From Blasia pusilla (lineage: Eukaryota): DNA of 64,000 nucleotides. Below, piece by piece: positions 13,054 through 25,890 of the stretch. Location: assembly GCA_050084515.1 (NCBI GenBank), contig CM114271.1, positions 40,982,001 through 41,046,000 on the forward strand, read 5' to 3'. Below the pieces are notes generated by a model, which made no database searches, was not told the origin of the DNA, and was given only the letters and a program-made list of their open reading frames with translations. How positions within the stretch are numbered: position 1 is the stretch's first letter; every line of letters begins with the position of its first letter. The position numbers and the translations under genes are program-made.

Positions 13054-15076
13054 ATGGTGCCATGGAAGATGTTGATTGGGCCGGGATTGTTATTGGGGAT
13101 GAAGCTCGTCAAAGTGGATTACCAGAGCCCTGAAAATCTGCTCATCATTCGAGTTTTGTATGGGTGTTCGCAAGCGCTGCTGTTAGTGCTCTGTTCGTAT
13201 ATTGCCTATGGCATTCGAGAATATGGCGACGAGAAGATGTTTGTCAACCCTAAGCCCAAGGCGTCTGGAGAGTGCGTAATTCCGCTCTTTTCTTCCCTAG
13301 CTTTCGGTCGATCCCGATCAGGACGCTGAATGATGGATTGATAGAAGAGTCCAAGATTAGAGCTTATAATTTGTGTGGGGCCACATCCTGGGATTTGGCT
13401 GTTTTCGAGGGATGGTTGTGAGAATATTGTGTAGTTCTTTACTCTGGTTTTATAGAACCACGGGTTGTACCACAATGATTTGCCGCTGGAGCAGGTGTTT
13501 TGTGGCAGTGTTAGGACTGTGATATTAGTCTCCTTCAATGCTGTCTTTCGTTTTTCGGATCTCTAGGGCATGATTGGACCACTGAGCTCCAATCATGGAT
13601 GGACGGGGTGGATTTTTTTGTTTGGTTGTGGGCTACTGAGAGGGGAAGTGGCTCTATTTCCTCATGTGTATTGGATCTATTTTCTACTTCGTCGGATACT
13701 TGCTGCTTGGTTGAAGATGTGAGTATTATTTGTGCAGGCAACCAACGGAATCACCAGTGACAGTCAAGGAGTATGACACAAAGGAGCTTGTGAAGCTTGC
13801 CAAAAACTTTGCACTGGTAAGAATCTTCAATTGATTTGCGTATTGCGTGGAGAGAACTCCTCAATACTATCAGATGCTTATTTCGGAACAGGTCAGGGTC
13901 TCGATCCGTTGGATGATTACTGAAATTGGGTTCTTTAGTGAATGGGCAACTTGAAAGCGGACAGAAAGGTTGCGCATGCTGGATGGTGACTTTGGGCTGG
14001 TTTGGGCAACCAGAACTTGTCCACAACGAACTAGTTTAAATTTTAAGCGCGTCCGTCGTTTTGATTGTGTGACGAGACTGGCTCTGGATTGCGCTGACGT
14101 AGTTCTAGTGGTATGCGTGTAAATTTTTCATGGTTGATCGTTCTTTTTCCCCCCCAGGGCGCTGCAGTGACTATCGGAATCCATGTATACCTGCAAGTTG
14201 TACCGGCCTTGCTCCTCCAAATAGGTGAGTTGGAAAAGGATGTACAAAGTCGAACCCTTGAGTAACATGCACTAGGAGCAGCAGATGCAGAAGAAATATC
14301 AGTCTTTCATGTTTCTTAGGATAGATCAAGCGTTGTTAAATACTTTCTCAATCGGACTGCAGGGTTTATTATCTGAATCCGTGTACTCACTGCTTTGGGA
14401 CGTAGTTTTTGTGATCATTTCGTAAATCTCAACTGTGACCTATTTGAGGTTGGATGAATGTGCCATTCGTCGATGGGCACTAGGTGTTTTGGTCTGTGAT
14501 TGTAGACCTTTATCCTGATTTTTCCTGACTCATTTAATATTTGTTGAACTTTCTGACTGGTGTTTGGATTAATGCGTTACAGTGACGCAACCGATTACAC
14601 TAGCTGAGCACCCTCTCTTCGCAATATATGTCTTGAAGAAGGATCCAAGCAAGGATAGCAATCTCACACGCCCGTTTCCAGACAATTCTCCTACTGCTAA
14701 GTGAGTGGTGCAAGTTGAAGAAGCACTGAGTAGGAAAGATGACTTACATGAACTTTCTTGTGTTGTTATGCAGTCCATAAAAGGCTTGAAGCATGTTTTG
14801 TATATGGGGATTGGGGATTGCGTTGGTTCTAATTTTGTTGTCATCGTGGTTTCAAACAGAATGGACGCTATGAAGCAGGAAGCTATTAGGAAGCGGCAAG
14901 AAAATTCTGAACAGGAACAAGCAGGAGGTGAGGCAAGGATGATAGGGTCGGAGACTGTTGTAGAAAAGAAAGATACAAGCAAAGACGTAGCTGTAGGTGG
15001 CGACGCCAATACATCTCTGTCAACAGCCGAGAGGAGGCAAACAAGACATGAATCGGAAGGATTAAGAGGAGACTGA
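13054..15076 (+). CDS. Pho88/SND3-family ER membrane protein; exons 13054-13271, 13738-13816, 14158-14224, 14583-14700, 14860-15076 (232 aa)
   Basis: All four introns are GT-AG and phase-consistent (2,0,1,2). Spliced protein has DYQSPENLLIIRVLY..., PVTVKEYDTKEL, GIHVYLQVVPALLLQ and PLFAIYVLKKDPSKDSNLTRPF, matching the Pho88 pattern (T-V-x-E-Y-D; H...P-L-x-x-Q; L-x-R-P-F). Charged C-terminal tail. Confidence 0.82.
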
Positions 15077-18000
15077 AACATTTGTTCAGGCAGAGGAGTA
15101 GACCTAAAACTAGGATACACGTGTTGTTAGTCATCATTCATGAGAGCTGATGAGGTGATCACCCTTGCTAATGGTCAGGGTACCGCATTGGGTCACTGTA
15201 TTCGTCATTTTTTAGGATGGAGGGCAGCACTGCAATTTTCCCCCGCATACACGAGTCCTGAGATCCCTTACGACCAAGAGGAAAACGCTCAGTGAGTACA
15301 TCGGACGGTGTTTAGAAGTCTTATTGAAATGGCTCATGATGGCTCTTACTGACTTTGCCGGTATTGGAATGCATGCGCTCAAGTTTGAAATGACTCGAAA
15401 GTTCCTCATGCGATTTGGATCACAGCACGAGAATTGGGAAAGTTGCTTAGAAATATCTTACAGCCATATCGAACATCACTGAGATGGAGTCCCCTTCCGT
15501 TCACAGACGGGTTGCGATCGTGTGGGGGATGCCGTGGTTGAGAATCAGCCAGGTCTATTCCATACGCATGACCTCCGCGTGTAATTCGGGAATAAAGTGG
15601 GGGTAAATCGAATATGTTCGACCCGATAATCCGGGTTGCCGTGACTCTCACGTCGAGTTACGGCACGGTGGGCAAAATTAAACGTGTTTAAATGAATGTG
15701 TGTAGAGCACCTTTATAGTTACGGGCATTTCCTTGCTGCCCTGATATGTATGCATTTTCTTGCGTACAAGAATGTTTTATTAAATCATGGAATGTTTTAC
15801 CATGTTAACTCTTTGAGATTGCATGTGGTAATCAGGCAGAAAGGAAAGGTCTCCTCTCTTAAGGCCACAAAAAAGACATGATTAGTCTTTTCACTCCTGC
15901 GGATGGCGGAGTGAAAGGATAATGGGTTCTTATCATGGGTCGAAAACAAATATAAGAGCCATTCTAAATTAACGACAACAACACAAAGTCCTCCTTTTCC
16001 AAATTCTTACTTTTCCATTAAAGCACTAAGGGAGAGAAAAACCGAAATTTAAATTTGATCACTTATCTATACTCGTGGCCCGAGACTCGGATCTCCTTTC
16101 ATCTCCTGACTCAAGGTCTCAACTTTTCAAGCCTTGAATCCTTTCATCCGCGGATGAATGAATTCTGACACGTACACAACACTAGGACTCCTTGGACAAT
16201 CGATTTGTATTCAGTATTTACGTCAGCCGTAGTTTGTCATCGCGCCGGCAATGGCATCATCATGTCGAACCTCCCGTGCAAGACTTCGGTAGCGCGCGGA
16301 ACACAAGTGTTGAATATCCACCCACTGTCGTGTCTGGTGTTGCGCTGCACAGAGGTTCATCCGCGGTCGCTCGCTCCACACCATTCCGAGACTGTTTTCC
16401 ACACCATCCACACTAGTATGTTACCCGGGTGACGAGTTTCTTTCAAGATAACCCCCTGTGTGTATAAATTCCCAATTTCACTCCTCCCACACTTAAATTC
16501 TATATTACTCCCACTCCTTGTTAATTACCCACTACCAAATAAAATTTCACTACTAACACCTATACTATCCCCTCCCAAAAAATATGCGACCATGGACGTA
16601 TTCCCTTCCAAATACATTTCCATCAAAATAATACAAGGTCTTATTCTGGCACTATTTTATCTTCTCATGCATGTTGTGTTGTAATCAGCGTATATATTAG
16701 ACTGCAGCGTATTTAACTCCATATTTCGTTTCATGGATTTGTGTCATTCCTAGTGCGGGGTGGCGGAGGCGGTGGAGGCACGTAGCAAATTAAAACATCC
16801 CGTAGTTTTGACGTAAAATAGTGTACCTCACGCCTCACGTCGCTCGCTGTAGGGATTTTCCACAAATCATGCGCGATTTGCTGAGCATGCTTGCCGGAGG
16901 AAGAGTTTAGAGGTTATTTAATACTCGAATACCCTAGCCACCGTTGGGTTCAAATTTGCCCCGTATCATGTGGCATTCCCCAGTATGGATACCAAAAATG
17001 TTTTCCACGACTTGTGCTGTATATTGTACCGGTTGCGTGCTTGCACCAAGAGACCGAGTTCTAAGTGGTAGGACGATCGTGGCACGCAGTGGAGTTGACG
17101 AGGACTCTTTGACGTCCAAGTCTTCCTTTACTAAGCGCACGTATATTTTCTAGGCTTTCACTTGCTTCCACGTGCCTTTCCAGCATGTATATGACGTGAC
17201 TATGTAGAGCTCGGTTAGGTTCAAAGTTATCATGAGGGAACGGCCTTGGGAATTACTTAGCAACGTTCTGTTAATCATATTGGGGCCGTTCTATGGGGAT
17301 GGCAGTAGTAATATTATCGGATTGTAGCAGGAAGCCCGTTTAAAAGTCAACATTTTCAAAAGAGATCGTTTCTTTTCCTTTCACTTCAGAGTTCATTAAA
17401 AAATCTCTTGATTGCTTCGCTCCCTTCTTTTAATCTCTTTATGCGCGAGTGCCATGCTCTTGCAACCGCCAGTAAACAACCTCCCCAGCTAAGTTGACCC
17501 ACGAAATTGATATTGAAGGAATGAAAGACGTGTAAGATCATGGGGCGGTGAATAGTAGAGTTGGACCTTGGCCTACATATCAAGGGTTCGAATCACATCT
17601 TCAAGGTCTTGGCTATCTTCACTAGTATATTCCATGATCTTTCTCATTACCACCTAGAAAAGGCATGGAAAGAAATCAACACTTCAAATCATACAAGTTG
17701 TATATTTCATACATGCGATTATGCAAGGTTATATATATATATATATATAAAATATTATTGAAAAAAGATAAAAAATGTGTGAATAGTTGATAAAAAAACC
17801 AAAAAAAAGTGTCATATCTCGTTAAAAATGTTTGTGAATTGCAAAGGAAACACAATTTTTACTCGGCTTCACTTGAAGAGTTAAGAGCAAATTTTCCTCT
17901 TGGAAGTTTTACCAGTAGAGGAAGAATGCTATGAACAATTAAACACCATTCGCATGTGGATCATACATGGAGCTAGACCATTTGATCTAGGGCAATGAAA

Positions 18001-18894
18001 GAGGAATATAGATCTTGTATGGGAGCCAAAGGATTGGAAGTAGAGAAGTTCAAATTTTTTTTTTGAGGCTGGTAGCCTATGAGAAGACATTATGTTTAGA
18101 ATCTTTAGCATATTGTATTAACTTTCTTTAATTTCCTCTCGGACTACAAGACTACTTTTTCTTACCTAGGAAGATATTATTGTTCGTGCGTCTATGGGGA
18201 TGGTAGCTAAATGATGGATTCCATTCTATTTTTGGGAATTATGCAAAATTTGTAAAGAAGAACAAGTTCTTTAACATCTATTGCTCCTAAACATTGTTTG
18301 CGGAAATCCATCCATATGCACCATAAGTATCATACGTTTCAGATATTGGTAAGACACTTGCAATATTGTTCAAGGAAGAAGCCTCGCAAACTTCAACCTC
18401 TAGAGTTGAGGTCTCTACAAGAAGAGGGAAGAAGACTAGAGGAGTTCTTCCTTGTAGCATGTAAAAAATATATGTTTATTAAATTTGGATAAGCAGAGTA
18501 CAAAAATAAAAAATAAAACTATGTAAGGATTATCTATATACTAGTGGAAGGAGTGATTTTTTGGGGGTGTTGCATCTCACTCTCGCATATGTTTGCTCAA
18601 TAAATATATTTTGACATTGGTGATTGATTTTAGTGTGGAATTGTTTTTGGAGTTATTAAAAGAGGGAATGTGCACTGCACGGAAAACTTACTAGCAAAAA
18701 GTTAAGCCATGGGATAATATTGGATGGCAAGGGAAAGCTTCAAAATCTACGAGGGTGAGTGTGCTCATATTAAGTAAAATTTTAAATTTTTTCATCCTTG
18801 TGAATCAAGGATACGCATGTAAGACAAATAAAAAATCAAGTTCACCCAAATTGAGAGTTGAGGCATAATCCTCTATATAGTTAGAGAGTTGGAA

Positions 18895-19313
18895 GTGAAA
18901 AACCCAACCTATTGTTTTTGTGGCCCTAATAATTTCTTCAAGATCTAGATGATCTTCTTAAAATCTTGCATATTCATCTTATGGGCCCACCAATCATATA
19001 ATTACATGCGAGCTCTTGTAGTTATCCAGTGCATATTTTGATCTAGCTTGTGCAAGAGTTTCTAGTTTATTGTGTCTTTCCTTTGAAGCTTCTCAGGAGG
19101 CATATGCTACTACTCAAGAATCTACTTCCTCAAGGATGGTGTAAACTGAACTAGAAAATTGTGATGTGAGAGCAAAACATGCATAAGAAATATTCAAAAG
19201 GTCTCCCATAGTTTATCACAAAGGGAGCCCATAAAATAAACATAGAGCTTTTGTTGAAGGCCTTCTAGGTCATGAAGAAAGTATCGGGATCGCACACCAA
19301 GTTGGGATTTTCC
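18895..19313. repeat. Degenerate foldback inverted repeat (old MITE-like)
   Basis: Arm ~18895-19070 is the reverse complement of ~19146-19313 at roughly two-thirds identity by eye (e.g. tttcttcaagatctaga / tctaggtcatgaagaaa; ttatgggc / gcccataa). Spacer ~75 bp. Confidence 0.55.
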
Positions 19314-20261
19314 TTTCAAGATTTCCAATTGTGCACATAAAAACTCATACTCAAAAAACATGGCCTCCATATGACCACTTTAAACTTGGAAAGCCAACTT
19401 CTTATCTCTCAAATTATCCTTCTACTTAGTACCGCACCCGTACTTGGACTAGACAAAGGTGTGTAATTAATTAGAATGGGTTATTGATGGGGGTATACTA
19501 GTATTTGGTAGTGCCAATGATTGTATGGAATGTAAATCAACATTTCATAACCACAAGTGCTTTCACTCAAGACACTTGCTATAAGAAATTTCCTCAATGT
19601 GGTCATATTTCCCACTATGTTCACAATAGATCTAATCTACAAAAATTTTACACCAATTTGCGATATGCCGTTGAGAACCATTGTGGTTGCATGAGGGATT
19701 GCAATGGTGACCGATTGAGCATGCTTATTGCAAGGTGTGCAGGCTTGAGGAGTGTGGAAATCAAACGTATGGCAAAGTTGCAAATGAGATCCTACATGGC
19801 GGGTGCATTATATTGGCCTCATATTGTGCATGGATACGTTCCAACCGCTCTACAATCTTTAAAACAAATCTTGTATTATGACCATGAAAAGTTACTAGGT
19901 CAAGTTATTATTCATGATCAATGAATAAAAATAAGTGATAAGCATTAGATTCATATAAACCAAGTCATTTATAGGAAATAACTAAGGTTATAGGCTTGGT
20001 ATATGATTGAATTCATTAATGACAAAGTCATTAATATATTTGTAATGTCATGTGAGAATGACACTTTAGATAGACGTTTCGGCTCGTTTGGAGCTATATA
20101 GAGAAACTTAATATTTCGGGTAAGTTTCCATTTAGAGCATAGTTGAATTTCCACTTTGGAAAAGTGGCCCTTGACCCGCTACAGAAGGTCAAGAGCCAAG
20201 GAGATGACCTGCAAGCATAGGTTAACGAGGAGAGAGCTTGGGAGAGGAAAGGGGATATACC

Positions 20262-20435
<174 letters not shown>

Positions 20436-23400
20436 CATTCTCTCTTTGTTGAACCTCTTGGCATGAGGCGGCGGAGCTATGGTCTTCCTTGCCTTGTGTG
20501 TGTAATCCAAGCTTCTCATTAGGAGAGTGGGTTTGGTTTGACATGAGAGAGAGTGCACACCATAGAGAGCTTGGTGTGAGAGGTGATGTAAGATTTACTT
20601 GATTTACAAAGAGAGAATAAGAGAGTGAGAGAGCTTGAATGGAGGACCTTGATGGTCACTCACTATTGGTGCAGGTTGGGGACCGTATTCCCCATTCAAC
20701 GGCTCATGGGAGTGCTCACGGGAGCAAAAGCCGATGCATTTGCTATTTTGTTGTTCAATTTTTCATGTGGGAGAGTGGCACGTGGAAGCGCTGCCAAAAT
20801 TTGGTTAGAAATTGAGTATGGGGGCGAGTTACTCTATGCCGGTGCTCTTGGGAGTACCTTGTAGCTTTCTGGTTGTTGTGTTTACAGGTTTGCAATTTTT
20901 GTTGGGAGAAATCAGAGCAAAAGCGCTGCCAAATTTTTGTGGGAGTGCAAATTGAAAAGCTGTACAAAAGTCCCTCTCAGTTTTTATAGGAAGGTCAAAT
21001 GAATTTTTTTTTGACATTGTTGTAGATTAGGAAGTTGTGCACATTGGGGAAGAAACAATGTGCAATTTGAACAAGTGATTAAGAAGTTATGATCATTTTT
21101 GTGAAGTTGCCATAGCCATAGCGTGAGCAAGGAGCAAATTTAGAAATTCTTGGTAACTTCTTAGTTGAGGTAGAAAAATTTAAAAAATATTTTATTATTG
21201 GGGAAAGGACAAGTGAAACTTAGGATCTTGAGGTTAAATTGAGTGGAAAATTTATTTAGTGGGTGTTGACCCAATATTTATGAGGCTTAGTGGATTATAA
21301 TCCAAATGTGAGTAATTTTAGTGAGTTGACCCTTAGTTTAAGGAGTTTGTGAAGTGGGAAAAAAACAAAAAACTTTGATTTTTTGAATAAGGTCAAAATA
21401 TAACGATTTTTACCCACAGGAAAGATATCATAATTACTATTAACTTTCATCATCCATGCGGGCCGTCCTTGCTCCGATCGTTGGCGCCGTCAACGACCGT
21501 CAACGACGTTCTTCACCGTTGTTGATTGGACGGTGACCTTTTTAGAGTCATGGGGTCGCCATTTATTTTCCACTTTGCTATGTTGTGATTGGTAGCCTCT
21601 TGATGATGATTGAGAACCGTGCCGTGATGCCCGTAGCCACAATGCGCCGCCAATTTCCGCGCCGTACTGGTCGTGGCCGCACTACACCGTCTCGATCGCG
21701 GAGCCGCACCATCACTGTGGAGTAGATTGTGTTTTTTTTTTATTGAGGAGGGTATGTTGCTGAGTGCCGCACCCTTTTCTTGAGTGCAGTGTTGTGCCGT
21801 TTGTAGCCGTTCCGTGCTGCTAGTGCCGCACCGTACTGCTGGACCCGCACCGCACATCGAGGAGATTTGAGCATCGTCAGTACCAGGGAAGTAAGATGTG
21901 CTATTAGGTGGAGTTTGTCTTTATGATCGAGTTGGGGTTAAGGCTTCCAGTTGCTGAGGGGCGATCAAAATTATTGTTAGGTTACCCATTTTGCTCTTTT
22001 GCCCTGCACGTGTTAGGGATTTCCGGGTATTGGGTAATTATTTAGGGATATTGGGTTTCGTGCAGATGCTGAGAGCATAGTTAATGTATGGGTGTAGGGG
22101 ACATAGACCTGTGTGGGATGTCCACAATTGAGGGTTTGTGCTATTCATGAGTCAATTGATCAGCCACTTTGCTGCATCACGCCGCTTGTTGCCGCACAAC
22201 ACTCGTCTCAATGAGAGAGTGTAGCTTGAGTGCCGTATGTTAGATGTAATGATTGAGTGATTACTCACGAGGTTGAGAGTGATCGTGTGAGAGGGGCACG
22301 AGGGTCATCATAACATCCTTTTGAGACTTTGAGAGGCGAGGTGGTGGACCTGAGAGTAGCTCTAGAGGGTTTACCTGGAGTGGTGTGAGGTTTCGAGGGT
22401 CTCCACATGAGAGACCACCTCGATCTCCTTCGGTGTCATCTTCAGACGAGGGGGAGAGTGTAAAGGAGTGTGTTAGTGCATCGCCGCACACAGTTAGTGG
22501 TCCTACCGCTTGGGAGTACGAGATGGACGGTTGGGATAGAGGACCAGGTAGGTTTTTGGGTGCTATAGGCACTATAGAGTTACACGACTTCATTGTGGAG
22601 TTAAGGAGTTGGTGTGACTCACAACGGGCTAGGAACTCTAGAGAGTTCAACCCATTTACAACATGGAACGGTATGTTCCAGCACCTAGAGGGAGCACCCA
22701 TGGACGATTACCATGAGTTCTCGCACATATATGCCTAGGAGATTGAGGCATGGTGACTCTATTATGATCCACACTATGTGTCATGGACAGAGCCGTTACT
22801 CACGCGGTGACAGAGGCTGAGGCTATCCAGTCATGGTAAGCGATGCTGGATCAAACCCTGCGGACACGGGTGCGGGAGGGGGTGCTTCTAATGAACACCT
22901 CCCCTACGTTAAGAGGTGTTTTGAGGACCGCCAAGAATATTGAGCGCAACATGGCAGAGGAGAGCATAGCCACCATGGGGTTTGGGAAAGAGCAGGCACG
23001 ATTGCCTACACTACTAGTGCAACAATGTGGATTTTGAGATAGGTCAAACGAGGCACCATGAGCTAAGGGAGGATACCAAGAGGCCGTGCCACAGAGACTT
23101 GCACCTTAATATGTGGCTCAACAATAGCTGCCGGGGATTATTTGTTGGGCATATGATGGAGCCCATCACTAGTGCGATGGCACTCGTAAAGGTCATGGAC
23201 GCGTACCTCAGCATGGAGGAGGAGATGGTGCTGCACTAGGAGGATATCAGTGTGACTATTGTCAGAGGTACGGTCATACACGCGCCATGTGTTTTAGCCT
23301 ACACCCTGAGTTATGTTTGGACCGAGGGCCAGAGAGGGCAGCTGAGGGAGTTTCCGATCCGAGTGGGCCTAGAGGTCGTGTACCAAGTGGTCCCGTTGGG

Positions 23401-24946
23401 GAATGAGGAGTCGGAGTTGCCCGAGGGGATGGTGGAGTTGCCGATGGAGGAGTTAGAGTTCCACCACCTAGACGCGGATCGAGGGAGACGTTGGGCGTGA
23501 GGCTGGGATGGCTACTCAGATACAACATCTACAACAACAGATTACCGCCATGGCATTGATGTTACCCGATGCCAAATCCGTGGCATCAATGTCTTATGGA
23601 GCAGCCAAAGATATGGAGGATCTGGTTGGATGTGCGGGGTTGCCCAAATGGAGGCCGCCGCAATTGTTATGCAAGGAGCAGCCGCAGAGTTGGATCAACA
23701 GCGAGGGGAAGCCATGAAACAAACTAGGCTTCCTCAATCTTTCACATTGTCCAAGGCAATGAGGATCCTATCCATGGGTCCTGATCAGAGTTCCCGGAGA
23801 GTTAGTGATGTTGTTAGTGTACAGGCACGGAGGGCGATGGGAGAAGCAAGTGCGATGACTCCTATTGGTGATGCTCAAGAGGAGCATGTGTCAAGCACGT
23901 TATTGGGGGCGGCCACTCTTGTGTACCGCACTCCTTTATTTTCTACTTTCGATGTTATGATGTTGGGAGTTTTTTTGGCTGGCCGCTACGCTATGTGAGT
24001 GTGGAGTTGGTATTCCTGTGTCACACTCAAGGGTGATTGCAGAGGAGGTGATGGACATGCCCTTGGAGTTTATGCTGGGGCTGTCCACGTCAAATTCATG
24101 GTAGGGTGCGGCTACTAGGATGGTGGAGATGTCCGCTAGACCCATGATAGAGCGTGCCATGGCTTCTCTTGGTGTTGTGTTGCTAGATAACCAGAGACAT
24201 GTCTTCTAGTTGGTGAGTCCAAGAGGTAGAGTTTTTAGTCCATAGCATGTCTTATTGGATTCGGGAACGCAACCCCTAATGTTGGGGAAAGCGTCATTCA
24301 TAGGATTGCGCTTGACAAGAGCCGATGTGGAGCATTGTTCTTTACGAATATGGACATCCTTGGGTAGAGCAATTACCACACATTATATCACCCGGCAAGA
24401 AGTCGTGGTGAGGATTTGGGCGAGACATCCTACAGATGAGTCCGTGGTGCGAGCCAAGGCGATAGTGACCGATGCAGAGTCCTACAACATCTTGGTTGGT
24501 GGAGCAGTGTTGTATCCAATGGGGTTTTCCCTGGATAACTTGGAGGAGTCAGCATCCTACAGACCGAGATGGCAGTCCGATGATGGACGACTTTGTTCAT
24601 TACCCATTTAATTCACAGGTGGAGTGATCGAGCGACGGCCTGGAGAGATGGCGACTTAAGCAGCATTTAGCAACGCCATCACGTGGCCTTCTGATTTGAT
24701 TGAGGGGCATGTCCATGCAGAGAATACACCGTGCCTGACACTTCTAGGAGAGAAGTGTTATGGTAGCTACATCATGTCTTGGAGGAGAGGTGCCACAGTG
24801 GGGCTCGAGTGAGGAGCCCCAATGTTTATCTGATGAGCATGTGCAGTCGGCGTGGAGTGAGGCGTTTGCACCAGTGCGTGACGGGTCAGAGGAACCCGAG
24901 GTAGCCAAGAGTGCTACTATGACCCCTTTGGACACCACCCCGAGAA

Positions 24947-25890
24947 GAGGGTATTCGCGTGTTGGATCTCTTTGGGGGGATCAGCATTGGCTTAGCTGTT
25001 GTTTTGCACGAAGGAGTGCGCGTGCAACAGAACCTGTACATTGAGATTGATGATGTTGCAAGGCGCACTTCACTGCACTATATGGCGCAGCTACGCCTCT
25101 GATTTCCTGCCTTGTTGTTTACGTCCGCCGTCCAAGGATACCATAGTTCTCTACTGAGGGAAATTTCATTGTTGGAGTCGCAAGACTTGGAGCGGGTAGG
25201 GACCATAGATTTGGTCATTGCACGTTGGCTGTGTTAGGGCCAATCGAGTGTTGGACGAGGTAGCGGGTTAGATGACTCTCGGTCTAGGTTGTTTTGGGAG
25301 ATAATGCAGATCTTGCGACACTTAGAGGAACATCAGTCTCGTTCTCCCGCATATATTATGGAGAATATGCCAATTTTGGGCGATTCAAGTTCCCGCGTGG
25401 TGACGAGTGCATATCATGTTTGTGCATGGATTGGCTCCGCAGTGTTGTTGGATGTGGAAAGTATAGGTTCATGAGCATATTGCCCGCATCTTTGGTGGAC
25501 CAACTTGGTGTCACATGAGATGAGGACGTATGCCAGAGTGGAGTGCCTCTTCCATTTATTTGTGGATTCTATTCTAGATCTATGTCGTCGATCACAGGCA
25601 ATGAGGCACGATGATCAACCACTGTTGACTATGGTCAACACGATTGGCATGCCACGAGCAGCCTTTCCCACTTTTGTGAGTTTTCTCGCTTCCTATGCAT
25701 TCAAGGAGGCCGGGCCTGGCTTGGTTTGGGATGACCAAACACAGCGGTTGATGGAGCTCAACGCTGCTGAACGAGAGCAAGCAATGGGATTTCCCATATA
25801 AGTGATGGCAGTACCGTCACTATTAGAGGCATCACAACATCACGTCTTGGGTCAGGCGATGGACCTAAATTGCTTCACATGGATTTTCAA
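24947..25890 (+). pseudogene. DNMT3-like C5 cytosine methyltransferase domain, copy A (disrupted)
   Basis: Motif I GIRVLDLFGGISIG; IV IDLVIARWLC*G...SRLFWEI; VI AYIMENMP; VIII AYCPHLWWTNL; IX/X ELNAAEREQAMGFP...VLGQAMDLN. Confidence 0.88.

Noticed and set aside
14569-15137. 183-aa and 83-aa - strand ORFs
   Set aside because: Antisense shadows of exons 4-5 of the Pho88-like gene.
15638-15920. Two short hairpins (~15638-15665 and ~15889-15916)
   Set aside because: Stems of only 9-11 bp with no supporting ncRNA or TE context.
24947-25890. DNMT as a captured host gene or bacterial restriction-modification contaminant
   Set aside because: It is intronless, collinear with pol and at the same position in four diverged copies; no nuclease or bacterial context.
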